Part shown: piece by piece, positions 43,338 through 59,489 of the stretch
How the letters are laid out: the number at the start of each line of letters is the position of its first letter
How positions within the stretch are numbered: position 1 is the first letter of the stretch
Assembly: GCF_009914755.1 (NCBI RefSeq)
Contig: NC_060931.1
Direction: 5' to 3' (one strand)
DNA length: 64,000 nucleotides
From: the human T2T-CHM13v2.0 reference genome, Homo sapiens
The notes under the pieces: model-generated
Told to the model about the DNA's origin: nothing
Database searches by the model: none
Seen by the model: only the letters and a program-made list of their open reading frames with translations
Translations under genes and position numbers: made by a program

Positions 43338-45811
43338 AAAATATTGTGCATATTTTTAAGCACTGGTTGGCATTAAGTTTGAGGGTTACAGGGCTAAAAC
43401 AAAAGATGAGATTTTACTACAAAAAGAACTTGGAGGCTCTTTTAGAATTGGATTCAACTTTCTTCCTGCTATAGAGACTATAGATTGCTTGATTTATGAT
43501 GCGAGATTTGATTCTTCATGTCATCTTGCCAACACAGCCGCTGCAGTTGTCTTGTTACTCCAGCTCTTTACCCAGCATACTGTTTGCCAGTTGAATGTTA
43601 TTCAAGCCAGAAGTTTGGCAAAACACTTTGGTACAATAAAAATATATTTAAGAATTTAACATTTTGGCTTTTTATTGTAGTATTGAGTAGGGAATGGGAA
43701 ATTAGCCAATGATAGGACTACTAGGGTCTACATTCGAAAGAACTTTTATAGCACAATCTTTTGGTAACTTATTTGGTTGAGGACGTACTAAATACAAATA
43801 ATCATGTGGGAATTTGGTGAGCTATGGTAATGAATATGACGTGAGATGACTTCAGAGGAGTTTGCAGTTCCGTAGTAGAGACAGACACGTGTAGAAAATC
43901 CTGTATTGGTCTTCTTCCTTGTTGACCGTAGTGCTTTCAGTGGGGTGCATCTCATTAGAACGTTGTGATTGGGACATACAAGTGGAAGGTTTCTTTAATG
44001 TCTGGTTCCCATATCGGTGAGACATAGCCTTAATGTATTATTCTCCAGAGGGGCAAACCATCCAAGACTATTTTAGAATTAAGGACTTGCTGCTCTGGTT
44101 ACTTGGTCACTGTTGAGAGGATGTGTTGGAATGACATAGCAAACCATGAGATGATGGTTTTGGAAAAACATCAGCCGAGTAAGTTATTTGGTACTCTGCC
44201 TTAAAAAAAAAAAAAAAAAAAAACTGAGCCATAAATATTCAAAAAAGTTTGTATGCACAGAACACAAAATTCCAAGAGAATTATTTGTTTCCTACCCTAG
44301 GAGTCAAAAGTGTTTGTTTAGAATAATGTGTAAGAGTTTCTTACCCCGCCCCCAGGATTACCAATTCCTTTAACAATGCCCTTTATTTGTGCATCAGTGC
44401 TAGTAGGTTTTTCTTTTAATCAGAAATAATTTTGGTGAGCGTGTCTATGCACACAGAAATAGCTACTAAGATCATTAATATTTTATTGTTGAAAGCAGTT
44501 TTATCTAATAATCACATTTTCATTTGATGTTTTTAGTTTTCTGCTTCTCTCACATAAATGCATGGTGTCGAGAGAGGCACAAGTATTTTTGTCTCTAATA
44601 TCTTAAAAATTAGGATTAAGTGCATTCTGTATTGTTTTGTATTCACAAAATAGTTTTGAAAAAGCTTGAGATTAAGTGAAATTTGTATGTTTTTAACCAT
44701 AGTTTTTGTGGGACAAATTTACGCTTTATCTCTTTGGTTTAGATGTGGTTGACATATTGATGCATGTATTCTCTTTATTCTGTAGGCTTTCTTTTTCCTT
44801 AGAAATGAAGTCACATTCAGTAGTTAAATAATACTTTACTCAAAAGTACAGTGATTTGAAAATAACCTTCAACTGTCAGAAGAGGCTGAACTTGACTGAA
44901 ATGTGGCCTCCTAACTGAATATTGCACATGAATCTTAACAGAAGTTATCATAAACATTTAAATATTTGCACTTGGTATTTAGACATTGATTTTCACCAAT
45001 AACTGAATAGATATAAAGCCTATTTTTCTTCTTTAGCCCTCATGAATATCAATTCAGTTTGTTTTTTGTTTCTTCTGGGTGATTCATAGATGAATGCCTA
45101 GTGTCTTCATTTGCAAGCTGTTCATGGAAGGAAGCCACTTTTCTGTTGCCTCTGTAACCATTGCAGGGCCTTCAATAGCAGCCTTCAGACACTAGGCATG
45201 CATTCAGCATTGGAATAAATAGGATAGCCAAGGGTAGCTAATTATTTTCAGGTTAATTCCTAAAGAGTTAATTTGCACTGCCTTGCCCAAAATCAAACCA
45301 GCAGAACATTTTATTAAGCAAGGCTTTTGTGTGAGTGGTATGGAAGCACTGAATCAGTTGCTGTTTCTTTTAATCTAAATTATCGTCATTTTGAGCTTTA
45401 TATTAATACACTGGCTGAGTAACTTTGTTTAAAAGAAACCTAGGTAAATTGATAGTTCTATGTTCTAAATTCTTCTGAATAAGAAAACAGTGATCTGCCA
45501 GATGAAAAAGGCAATTCAGAATGTGACATAACTTCTGTTGAGAGATTTTTGTTGAAAATTGGGAAGTATGAATTCTTCACAGACTTTCATAAAATATTTC
45601 AATACTCTTATTTTTAAAAAACCTTGAAAAGTCAGAAATCAGTTAGAATAATTGACTTCTAGGCATAGAAAAATTCATTTAAATTTTATTTATCCTGGAT
45701 GTCTTCTTTTTTAGCATAATACACCTAAAACAGATATTCCACTAATATAGAGTGATTGAAGTATTCAGAGGAAGATTGCATTTTAAAGCTATAAAGAACA
45801 TTTAAGAGTAA

Positions 45812-46418
45812 ATGTGGAAAACAGTATGCAGATTTCTTAAAAGAACTAAAAGGATACCTGCCATTCAATCCAGCAACCCCACTATTTGGTATCTACCCAA
45901 AGGAAGAGAAGTCGTTATATCAAAAACACACCTGCACGCATAGGCTTACTGCAAAAAAAATTCACAACTGCAAAGATATGGAATCGACCTAAGTGTCCAT
46001 CAACCAATGAGTGGATAAGGAAGATGTGGTATATATGCACCATGGAATACTACTCAGCCATAAAAATAACGAAATAATGTCTTTTGCAGCAACTTGGATG
46101 GAGCTGGAGGCCATTGTCCTAAGTGATATAACTCAGGAATGGAAAACCTAATATTGTTATGTTCTCACTTACAAGTGGCAGCTAAGCTATGGGTATGCAA
46201 GGCATACAGAGTGGTATAATAGATTTGGAGACTCGCAAGTGGGGAGAGCGGAAGGGGTATGAGGGATAAAAAGACACATATTGGGTACAACGTACAGTGT
46301 TAAGATGATGGGTGCACTAAACGCTCAGACTTCAGCACTGTACGCTTCATCCACGTAACCAAAAACCACTTGTACCTCAAAAGCTATTAAAATAAAATAA
46401 AACATAAAACAAAATAAA
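45812..46418 (+). mobile_element. L1PB/L1MA-type 3' end
   Basis: gtggaaaacagtatg...accatggaatactactcagcc...gggtgcactaa...A-rich tail. Confidence 0.88.
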
Positions 46419-47701
46419 GAGAATATATAGCCTACTTCCTTAGGTTTTATAGTCAAAGCACCACTGATTTAGAATCTAAAGGCCTGGCCTCAGGTCTGAT
46501 TCTGCTACTTTACATCTGTGTGACCTTGGGCAAGTCTCTTAACCTCTCTGAGCTTCTGCTTCTTAATCTGTTAAAAAAAAAAAAAAAAAAGCATAATTTG
46601 TCTTATCCTTGTTTTGATCAAATGAATGAGTTCTGGGAAATCCATCCAGCTGGTCAGTGGAATCCACGTGCGAGCACAGCAAGGCCTAACGAATTTGCTG
46701 ACGCTCCTCTGACCACCTAGCTTCACAGATGGGTGGGCAGCCAGACCTACAACCCAACCCACGTCTGCCAAGTCCCAGCCTTTCCATTCACCTTTCAAGG
46801 GAAGAAAACTTCGCATGTATTGGAAAGCACAGTGCCTCTAGTGCCTCTCTTTCTTGATTGTTGGAGTTGGGTCTCTCAGCATTGTGGTTCACTACGACAG
46901 AGCATCGCTTTTAACAGCCACATAAAATAACCCTCTTGGGTAACACACTCAAGAGGCTTCGTGAACTCGGGAGGCAATCTGGGCAGGCTTACAGCTGTGT
47001 GACAACACAAACGCTGTTTATTTGAGTGTTATCAGGAAGATGTGTCACTGTCGTGGTTGAATATGGAGAAACAGGTGCCCGCCTCGGAATGGCTACCCAA
47101 GTCAAGGAGGACCCAAGGCTAATGTGGAGACCACGTTCCTCCCTGGAGTACCGGGGTTAGGCAGGGCTTGAACGAGGTGCAGCGAGGCCGGTGAAACACA
47201 GCAGTACCACGTGTCTTATGTCACATCAGCAATGCAGGTCGCGCTCGTCACAGACATTTCAGATGGAGCTGGGTATTATATTCCAGTCCTGGCATTTATT
47301 ATGGTCACCACCAGCACAGAGCGTTCCTGGCCTGGTGCTGTCTGGTTTCTGGAATACAGGCCATCCTTCCTGATATTCTAAAGCCTGCCTCCCACCCTCA
47401 AAGAGTCAGACGGCAAGTTTCCATCCACCCTCCCAGTTCTCAGCCTTTGAAGGTGAGAAGCTCCTCTTCTAGGGGCCGCTGTCAGAATCTCAGGGTTTGG
47501 CACTGTTGCGCTCGCCTCCATTCCCCAGGCTCCTCGACGGCCTTAGATGCTTAAACACGCTGCTGCCTCTCATCTCTGGACCAAGGCTTTCGTTTCCCTG
47601 TGAGTAGACAGCACTAAGGCACGGGGTTAGTTTAATGATGCAAGTCAACTGGGGAGCCTTGCTGCTATAGAGATACCCTTTGTATGTTTACTTTAACTTC
47701 T

Positions 47702-48030
47702 TGCATCAGTCAATTCAGGCTGTTGTAGCAGAATACCACAGACTGCACAGCTTAAGCAGCAGCAATGTATTCCTTATGATTCTGGAGGCTGGGGAATCTG
47801 AAGTCAGTGTGCTGGCGTGGTCAGGTCTGGTTTGTAGATGGCTATTTTCTTGTATCCTCACATGGCAGAGAGCACAGAGCAGGCTCTTGAGTCTCCTTAG
47901 AAGGGCACTAAGCCCATTCACCCTCATGACCTAATTACCTCCTGAAGGCCCCCCTCCTAGTGCTGTCACATTGGGGAGTTAGGATTTCATTGTATGAATC
48001 TGGGGAGACACAAACATTCAGCCCATAGCA
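47702..48030 (-). mobile_element. MLT1A-like solo LTR
   Basis: caggctgttgtagcagaataccacagact...ctcatgacctaattacctcc...cacaaacattcagcccatagca. Confidence 0.85.
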
Positions 48031-48650
48031 CTTCCCCAGCCGTGCAACACAGGTGCCCTTTGGTGGTGTTTGCATAGGTCATGGCTGCTGATAGCCACCG
48101 TGTGTTGACTGCCCACTCTGTGCTTGACGCTCTGCTAGAGGCTCTTTATGTTGTCTTTAATCCTCACTTCAGTGCTGCAAGGGCTGTGTTATTCCCAGCT
48201 GACATATGAGCTTCCAGGAGTTTAATGGATGGAAGCTCAGCTGGCACATGGTGGAGGCAAACCCAGGGATGTCTGACTCATTCGAATGTTTCTTTCGTTA
48301 AGTTAAGTCTTCCATTCAGGAAACCAATATTGCAAGTTCAACGTGTGAAAATGTCACTAGGCTCCACGGTGCTAGAGAGGTGGATCCTGATGATGTCCTG
48401 TGCTCACGGCGCTTACTTTGATTGGCACCCAGAGAGAAGACATGAGCAACACTGGTTGTGTTCAGATGAGAGACAGTGCACCTCAAGGGAAGTGTTGGTG
48501 AAGTCCTCAGAGGAAGGAGGAACGCAAAGGCCTGTGTTCAGAACACCGTGGTGCCCTGAGAACAGCTGCCAAGGATGCTCGCTGGGAGCCACAGGCCACC
48601 AGGGGGAAGCGCCAAGGCCGTCTTTCAAGATGCAGTTACATCATCACTGA

Positions 48651-49334
<684 letters not shown>

Positions 49335-50459
49335 TGATCTCAGCCTGGCCCAGCTCCTTGGCCTCTCCACCCTCCACTTCCCTTGGAAGAAAAAATGGGG
49401 GTAACGGTAAGGAGGTGCTCTGAGTAAAGCAGTTTCCGGGTCCAAAATAATTCAAAGAAATGAAGAGCAAAAATCACAGTACAAGTAGTTTAGCTTTTCC
49501 TCAGTTAATCTGCCATAATATTAAGTAAAGCTAGTTTTAAGTATTTAGGCTCTAATGAATTCCATGTACTAAGTTGCCTGGCTGTTTTCTAATACATGTT
49601 ATTTGAAGATTCTCTTGAAAATTGCTTATATCATGCTGCTATGTTACAAGAACATGGTTTTCACGCATTCTGGTATGGAATGTGTATGTTGCTGTCACTT
49701 ATTTAATAATAATAGTCACAATTAATCAGTACAAATATTTATGGCCCTAAGTACCCTGAGATCTGTTGCTTGATACATGTCTGAACATTTTGGACAAAAA
49801 GAGGCCAGTGTGGGACAATGAGATAGCCTTTTAATAGAGAGATTCTTTTCTCTTAACAATGATCTAGGGGTTTTCGGGGGGAAACACACACCCCCTTCTC
49901 CATCGGGACCGAAACTGCTCTTGTCCGTGTGTTCTGTCACACGTAGATGAACAGGCTTTCAACACCTGCACTGGATTTTATAATGCATTGGGTTTGGTTA
50001 TTGTCATTATTGTTTTTACCAGTTTATTTATTCATTATGGTGCTAGCCACAAAGCTTATGCATGCTGAGCGTGGGTTTCAAATTTTGAGTTTTTTTGAAA
50101 CATTCAAGACACGGAAGTGGGCATCACAGGTCATGAGTTCTGTTCGATAATGATGTCACTGGTCACCCATGTTGCTTTTGACTTGGTAAAAGAAAAATTG
50201 TACTTAGGAAAAGCTGCCCTCATATAATGTGTACTCATATGGTAGTTAAATAAGTCCAGTCAAGGGCTGTAAGACAGCCAATCAGAATCTTGTTTCTAAA
50301 TGGGCATGTTTCTAAACTGGTCTATGATGTGCTAATGGACAGAATTTTGCATTTGGAAAATTGCCATCACAAACTCTTGAGCCTTCCATTCTTAAACCAG
50401 TTGCAAGGGGCTTTACCAAACTGACTTATCCAGGTTACAGATATAACAAGTTCCTGTAG

Positions 50460-50813
<354 letters not shown>

Positions 50814-52050
50814 TCATACTTCATTGTTTATAAGCGTGTACTGGGCACATTGTGAAACACAAACGTTCTCCCACCCTGTCCCCAGAGACTCCAGTTCAGA
50901 GGGTCCAGGAATCTGCATTTGACGTGCACACCCGGGGGTTCTAAGGCTATTTTTGTACCATCATTTTGAGAAATACATGAAGCTATTTCAAACACTCCTC
51001 ATAATGTCAATTAGTCTTCTCCTTCTGTCCTAGGAACTAGATAATTATTATTTCTTTTGTCCAAAATCCTTTGGATTATACAAATGCATTATATCTGGAG
51101 GCAGTAATTAAGCTCTGGCCTGGCCCACTTTTCTCCAGATAAGTACACTGATTACCTTCGCGTTTCCTTACAGGTCCAACTTTCCAACAAAATCATCACT
51201 GTTTGCTTTCCTTTAGGCCTACACGTTCTTTTCCTCTGTTACACAATGTCTGAAGTAAAACAAAGATTTCTGTCTTTCCTTTCATGTTGTACATGTTGTG
51301 ACTAAAACACATGCCTCAGGTCTCAGTCTATCTTAAACTGTGGTTATTTCTTTAAAATCCATTTTACCTATAAGAACAATAAAGGCGTCTTCAGGCTTTT
51401 TAAACCTATAACAATTTAAAGACATTGGGTCATAAAATAATGTTTAACCTGGACTGATACAATTAAAATAAAACATTAACAGTCTGAATTTTGTTTAAGA
51501 TAGAAACTTAGCCCTCTTGTTCCTGGTATGTGCGACTTCATGAAAACCCAAGTTTCGCTACTTAAAGTGCAGACTATGTTTCTATAGTTTCAGGTAGAAA
51601 TTATTTGGAAATGTACCATGCTGCTGTAAAACAAACAAAAAGCCACCCTAAGCCCGTATTTTCTCCTTTTGTGACACTGCAGAGTTATAGTTTCCACACA
51701 GATATCGTGCCTGCAGGGCCTTTAGAAGCATGTGGCTGCTGGCTTTCACCCTGAAGGTCCAGACTGCTGGACTCTTCAGCCGCCGCTTCACCCTTCCCTC
51801 TCTGCTTGCTGCTGGCTTTGGGGTTGGGATCTGCTTCCCACTCTCCTGCATCTGACGTGCTCTTCCATTTTTCTCCCAGTCCATCATGGTAAATTCTTGT
51901 CTTCATATTCCTTCTCTTCTCCCACCTTTGTTTCTGAGCTGCTCACCTGAGCTGTGGGAGTGCAACTGGGATCATCAGCATTTTCCAATCAAAGTGCTCT
52001 TATCTTCTGATCAGCAAAATAACCCATCACAGAAATGACTGAATTAATGA

Positions 52051-52515
<465 letters not shown>

Positions 52516-52529
52516 TAATTATGTTTGTG

Positions 52530-52640
52530 TGAGAGAGAGTGGCAGAGGGACATTGAAAGAGCAACAGGGACAGAGAGACAGAGAGAGAACAAGGAGAAGG
52601 AGGACGAGAGAGAAAGAAAGAGGGAGGAAGGGGAGGGGGT
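52530..52640. repeat. GA-rich low-complexity tract
   Basis: gagagagag...gaaagaaagagggaggaagggaggggg. Confidence 0.8.
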
Positions 52641-54384
52641 ACTGAGAGATCACACCAAATTCATTGCACGTTCCTGTGAGTTGCTGCCACAGGCTGCACT
52701 GGGCCAACGCTTTCCCACCAGTTTCACTAGTGGAGATGACCTCATCGGATCCTCTTTGCCATCTTCTGTGAGGTTGGAACCATGCAGAGTCCTGCATTTT
52801 CCTCCATCTACCCCTAAGTCCTTGTGTTAATTATGATCTGTGTTGGCTTTTATCACCTTTGTGGAAAGAGAAGAGCCACCAATAATGAAGACTGAGTAAA
52901 TGAGCCAGTGAAACAGAGACGGGGATGTGCACCCCCCAGGCTCCTGGATGATTATTGACGGACACGTGTCAGCTGCTAAATGTTATTTAAAACTTGTTCT
53001 TGCCATCCTATCATCATTTGCTGTCCTCCTGAATATGGAAATACAATGATTAGAAGGCTGTTTTACCATCCTGAGATATGTGCACCATTGATTTTGTAAT
53101 TTGTTGCTACCTTCTACTTATAGTAAATGGTCCATGATACATAAAAGAAATTTATGTCAGAGCTTTTCACAGTGAATAAATATTAGGAAGAAAATACATT
53201 TAGACAATAGAAGGAAGCAGTGTAATGGGAGATCCTGCAGTCATGTATGTGTCGTTTATTTTCTCCCAATATTTTTTATAGTAGCTGTGTGAATATCTTA
53301 CTTTTTACGGTGCTCAATTCCACATTGGCCTGATATTTGACATATTTTAAGGCACAGTGGGAGAAGGAACCAATCCTGACCTTTCTCTAGGCACTTTTCT
53401 GATGTCAGTAGATGAACTGAATAATTAATATCTGACTTCTTCTGGAACTTATTTGAGGTGGCTTACAGAATCCTCCCCTGGCTTCCTATTGTGTTTTGGA
53501 TAAAAGGCAAGACCAGTGGTACGGTCCACGAGGCTGGGCCTGGTTTTCTTTGTGCCTGTCTGTCCAGCTTCATCTCGGATGCTTCACGCCTCACTCCTGA
53601 CATGTAGCCACACATGCACCAGGTTACAACCGCTCCATTGCATGGGAAACCTGCCCCAGCTGGTCACCACCTCCTTCCTGTATACTCTTCAACTCTCAGC
53701 TCAAATTCTCTTCCTCAGAGCACCCTTGCTTGCCCCAACACCTCAGTAAAAATCAGCACATGCCCCATCATTATACGCCCTCTTGACACATGGAATTCCT
53801 GCCCACTGCCCCACCTCACAGTGTCACTGGGTTTGCCTGAGGTCTCTCCCACCGCGTGCAAGTGTAGGGATGTCTCTTCAGTTCAGCACGTTAGGCCAAT
53901 GCTCACTGTCACAACATTGGTATCCAGTACACGTGGTTAACCATTGCTATTGTGAAATATTATAATGCAAAAACTATGGAACATGTAAACTCACAGCTTA
54001 ACGGGTGAGTGTAACCTGAATTTCCTAATGTGAAATAGCCCATTTAGGTCTAGAAACAGAGGACAGCCAGTACCCCGCAGCTCCTGTACCTTGACTTCCT
54101 CTTTCCAGTGGCAACTTCTCTCTCCCCGTTGAGTTATGCAGCATCCTGGATTTCATGGAAATGTCTTTCTGGCTTGTCTTCATGAACTTACGTGTGAACC
54201 ACTCACTTAGTGTAGTTTGCCCACTGTGGAACTTTTTACAAAAAGAAATATTCATCTTATATTCTTTACTGTCTGATCTATGTCACTTAAAATTATATTT
54301 GTGAGGTTCATTCGTGCTGTGCATGTAGTCAGAGGTTGTGATTTGCATGGCTATATGGCATTCTGTTACATGGAATACACCACT

Positions 54385-54510
54385 CTGGTAGACAGACCAA
54401 TGACACCCCATGAAGATGTCCGTATCCCATTCCCTGGTACCTGTGACTATGTTAGCTTCCCTGACAAAGGAGACTAAGGTTACAGGTGAATAAAGATAGT
54501 AAGATTACTC
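54385..54510 (+). mobile_element. MLT1 LTR 5' fragment
   Basis: tggtagacag...aagatgtcc...cctggtacctgtgactatgtta...caaaggagact. Confidence 0.65.
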
Positions 54511-54961
54511 ATCAATTGCCTCTCTGCAGCCAATCATTTCTCTGATGCTATTTGTTTTTCCATTATACTGGATTATGTGAAAATTCTGATACTAGGCTAA
54601 TAGCTGTTTAACATGGATCTAATGAATAGATTCCATTCTAGGCCAGCTATAGTTTAAAAATACTACAGCTTTCTTTTTGAGTAATTTGATACCTAAAATA
54701 GTGAAGACCTCAGGAAGAGCCCATCCTCTTTGAGACCCGTGAACATTCTGCCGTGCCAACTGTCTTGGCTGGCATTTGCTTCCCCTTAAATTAGCTTCCT
54801 CCTGTCACAGAGGGGCCCATACTACAAGGCTGGTGGATGATGACAAATTTGATTCTTGAAAATCTGTTAAGGTAATTGCAAAATTCCACTCAGTTTCCCT
54901 GGGAAAATAACTCTACCTGCTAGTAGAATCACCAGCCTTTTCAAAGAAAATGTATACATCA

Positions 54962-55313
<352 letters not shown>

Positions 55314-55530
55314 AAATTGTAAACCAAGAGTGTTGTTGGAATTTCCACCTAGTCTTCGAGTGTAAGTGTAGCTAGAATATGCCGCAGACACAGGAGCATA
55401 CCCCTCAGGAACCAGGGAGCAGGCGCTGGATGAAGCATCAATGCTTGCTGTACATTCGGCTTTTGTTTTTGAGTTTCAGAAACCCACTCAAATTAGTTTA
55501 AGTAAAATGGAAAATGAAATATCTCCTAAA

Positions 55531-55814
55531 GGCTGGGCACTGTGGTAAATGCCTGTAATCCCAGAACTTTGGGAGGCCAAGGAGGGTGGATCACAAGGTC
55601 AGGAGATCGAGACCATCCTGGCTGACACGGTGAAACCCCGTCTCGACTAAAAAAATACAAAAAAATTAGCCGGGCGTGGTGGCGGGAGCCTGTAGTCCCA
55701 GCTACTCAGGAGGCTGAGTCAGGAGAACGGCGTGAACCCAGGAGGCGGAGCTTGCAGTGAGTCGAGATAGCACCACTGCACTCCAGCCTGGGTGACAGAG
55801 TGAGACTCCAACTC

Positions 55815-55845
<31 letters not shown>

Positions 55846-55856
55846 AAAGAAAAAAA
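55531..55856 (+). mobile_element. AluY SINE with long poly-A
   Basis: gagatcgagaccatcctggct, ggcgtgaacc, gagcttgcagtgag; TSD gaaatatctcctaaa at 55516-55530 and 55857-55871. Confidence 0.95.
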
Positions 55857-58800
55857 GAAATATCTCCTAAAGTAACAGGAGTGCATTATTAAATCCAAGG
55901 GAAAAATGCATCCAGGCCTCAGGAGGAAAAGTACATCAAAAATGGAAAGCCAAGAGGAGCTCATTCTGTCTCTTTGAGCTTCTTACCTTTTTGCCTTTGT
56001 CTCTTTGCTTTTCATTCTCTTTGGTTCTGAACCTCTCTACTTCATTCCTCTCATTCTGTAAATCTGCTTTATTTCCTTTGGAATCTTTACACCATATGGC
56101 AGCAGGCACTTAACTTCCCTCCCCACCTTCCGTTCTCATGGTTTGTGACAGCAGCCAAGAACGACTTGGAATATTTTAATCTCACACCACAAATCCTGGA
56201 GCAGACTTTTGACCTAGGTTAGGCCAATTAATTGTCTCTGGCTGAGGAGGAGAGGAGGGGGCTCACAGACTAGAAATGTGGCTTCCAGGGCCCATGGGTG
56301 GAGGAGGAGGGCAGCTCCGATCATTCTGACTGGGATGCTCTTCACAATGCCTCTGTACCGTGCTGGAACATTGTACCAGGGTGGCAAGCCCTTTTTAAAA
56401 AGTGAGCTCCAATTACTTTAGTCTCTGCCATTCAATTGCTGGTGGTTCTTGCCTTTGAGGCTAGTTTGTTAGTTACTTAATATTTATTGAGTGCCTGCAG
56501 GGATTTTTGACATTGAGAAGTGATGTGTTGAGCGTGCCAAAAATCTACCCAGTATAGAAAACTCATCTCAAAATCGCCTGTGGGTTTCAGAGAGTCTATG
56601 CAAAAACAGCCATTATCTAAACATGCTTTAAGACGCTGTTATCATACACAGCAAGGTGAAAGATACAAATGCTCAATTTTAAATTCTGCAGCTTACTTCA
56701 TAGCCATCTTTTCACTGAAAGGGATTTCTCTTGGGCCTGATGTGTTGTGACATTTTTTTCTGTGGATGATCAGGTCACAGTGCTGCTGCTTTTGGAAATA
56801 TATAGAACAACTTGATACCTTTAAAACATTATATCAAAATAGAACCAAAGTAGACTGAGCCCAGAAAGCAAGACTAACTTACATTTTGAACTAATTTCAT
56901 AAAAGAATCTATCAGACCCAGTCAATTAAACTGAAGAGCCTAAAATAATTTGAACCTGATGTTGGAATTTGCAGGTAAAAATAATCAAGAAGAAATGTTA
57001 ACAGATAGCTATTGCATCAATAATTTGCCTGTTTGTTTTCTAGAAGGATTGATAGGGCAGAAGTTAATTCTGAAAACACAGTTTTGCTGACCTTCAAGTA
57101 GAGGGCTGACAGCTGCTTTAGCAAGGGTGGTGGGTAGGATTTCAAACTGCTGTGCCCTCAGGCAGCAACATCAAGTCATGTTATGTAAAATAGGCAACTT
57201 CAGAAGTTCCCAAATGTATTTGAGAAAAGTAGGGTGGATCCCAGGTGAGTCCATGAGGCGCATACGGAAAGGGTGTGGGAGAGCCCTGGGAGAGCCTGAG
57301 CAGTGAGACGTCCCTTCTCCACATGGAGGACGTGGTGGACACTGCCCAGGGGAAGAGGGGCACCCGCAGGTTTGTGTCTGGATGTACCGGAAACATTGGC
57401 TCCTCTGCTTCCACTAAGATGATGATGATGATGTATAATTAATTGCCAGTCCTCGAAAGTTGGGCAGGTTAACCAAAATTAACTTCTAATTAATGAAATA
57501 AACGGAGGTGTTGGGGAAGGTGGGATGACATCGTCTTCCACCACCACCACATCCCATTCCCGCATTGGTTGCTTCAGTCTTTCTGAAAGGGCTGCTCAGC
57601 TGCCCACGCCTGCAGTCTCTGCAGTTATTCACATGGAGGCGGCATTAATTCATACCTTGCGGCCATATCCATTATCCCTCCCTCACCCCCACTACTAGCA
57701 AAAGCACCCCGGAAGTACTCACAAGAAACAAAGTGACAGTCACAAGGAAAGGAGCATCTCGGGGAGTGGGAAAGCTTCCCCTGCTAAGTACATGCAATGC
57801 TTTATTGGACGATGAGTTAGGGTCCTCTTGCTCCAACAAGACTGGCTTGCGTTTCCACCTCCAGCCAGCATTGTGAATCCCAAGTAGCTGCTGATTTATA
57901 TGTATCCTCTGGAATTATTTAAAGCTATCAATTACCTAACCATGGGTATAGTTATATCGTAGAAAAGGCCACTTTCCATTTTGGGAGCGAGACATTGTCT
58001 TCTAGTCTTAATATACTTCTGCAGGCTGCCTGATAGAAGAAGAGATTGATTGGTTTAAAGATAGATTGTTATGAGAGAAATAATTTACTTCACTTCCTCC
58101 TTCCCTAGTGAGAAGGCCATCTGGTTGACCCCTCTGCCTTTAGCTAAGGGACATAGAATGCACAATTGCCAGCTGTCCCCACTGTGGCTGGCAAGGCTGG
58201 ACCTCAGCTGTCCCCGGGGTCCCTGCTGTGCTGCCCCCGATTGCTCCAGTCTTCTCCTGCAGGGGTGTGTCTTTAGGAGGAGGCTTTGGTTGATCGTGAA
58301 ATCATCCTCCAATCTCACTTCTGCTGGAGGTGACTCCTTCTGTCCCTTTAGCTGCGTAAGGCCAGACTTACATTACATGAAACAAACACGTCATGGGATG
58401 TGTACCCGGAACATTCACAGTGGTTATTGGCTGCTTGAGGTATGCATCACTTTACTGTGGAGTCACAATTATGGATCCAATAACCTGGATCACTCTGCTT
58501 TGAGGACCCAAAACAAATTAAATTTCTGATTTCCCCTCATTAAAGCTCAGGATGCAACAAGAAGTTGGAGGATCACAAGTGGAATGTGACCACTCTAGCC
58601 CCTTCCCTTTCTTTATAAAGAGTAGGAAATGCAATGCACTTTCGAGTTCTTTCTCTATTACATATCATATGTTGCTAAAACATTACTTGGTGGTGATAGC
58701 AATAAATAGTAAATTAGTATCTTGTGTTTCTATAATTTTTATAAATTATAGTGTGCTTTCAAATACATTTACATTTAATCCTGATAACACCTAAGCAATC

Positions 58801-59489
58801 AGTTCCTTTTGTGTCCCACTCCTTTCCTCCTTGCAGCGTTCAAAAATCGTCTCCAACTTAGAGTTCTCATTTGAATCTTCTCCTCTTCATAAGGCACAAA
58901 GTCTGATAAAGGTAGCAAGCAAGGCAAATCCATGAGAGATACGAAGCTCAGGCCAAGATGAGACGTGTCAGATTTTAACAGAGAGGAGAGAACAGGGATG
59001 CATAACCTGACAGAGAGGCGTGGGCTCTATCAGCTGTAGCTGGGGAGAAAATTAAAGCGGCCTGCATTAGGGTCCTCCTTGAATCAGTTCATAGACATTG
59101 TGGTGTCTACAATTATTATCTTAATCTGGGTTTCTTGCACTCGAGATACAAAATTGGCACACACAAAAGTCAAGCTGTAATCACAAGTTACTAAGATAAT
59201 AACATTGGATAAAGGTGAATTTTATGTTTAAAATGACCAAACGACTCAGAAAAGGTATAGCTTGGTTTTAGTTCGTTGTTTGTTTTATTTTTGCCTGAGT
59301 TAAAAATAAGTATGAGCAGCAGTGATGTCGCAAAGGACAGGATTGCCAACTATGCGTGTCAGTTTGCATTACATCTTGCAGAATCCATTGCTGCTTATGG
59401 CCTCATTCACGCAACTGGGCTTGCATTAACCCTTTGCTTTCTGCATCCATCAATGATTGCCTTTCTGTTACTTCTAAAGGCATTTATCC

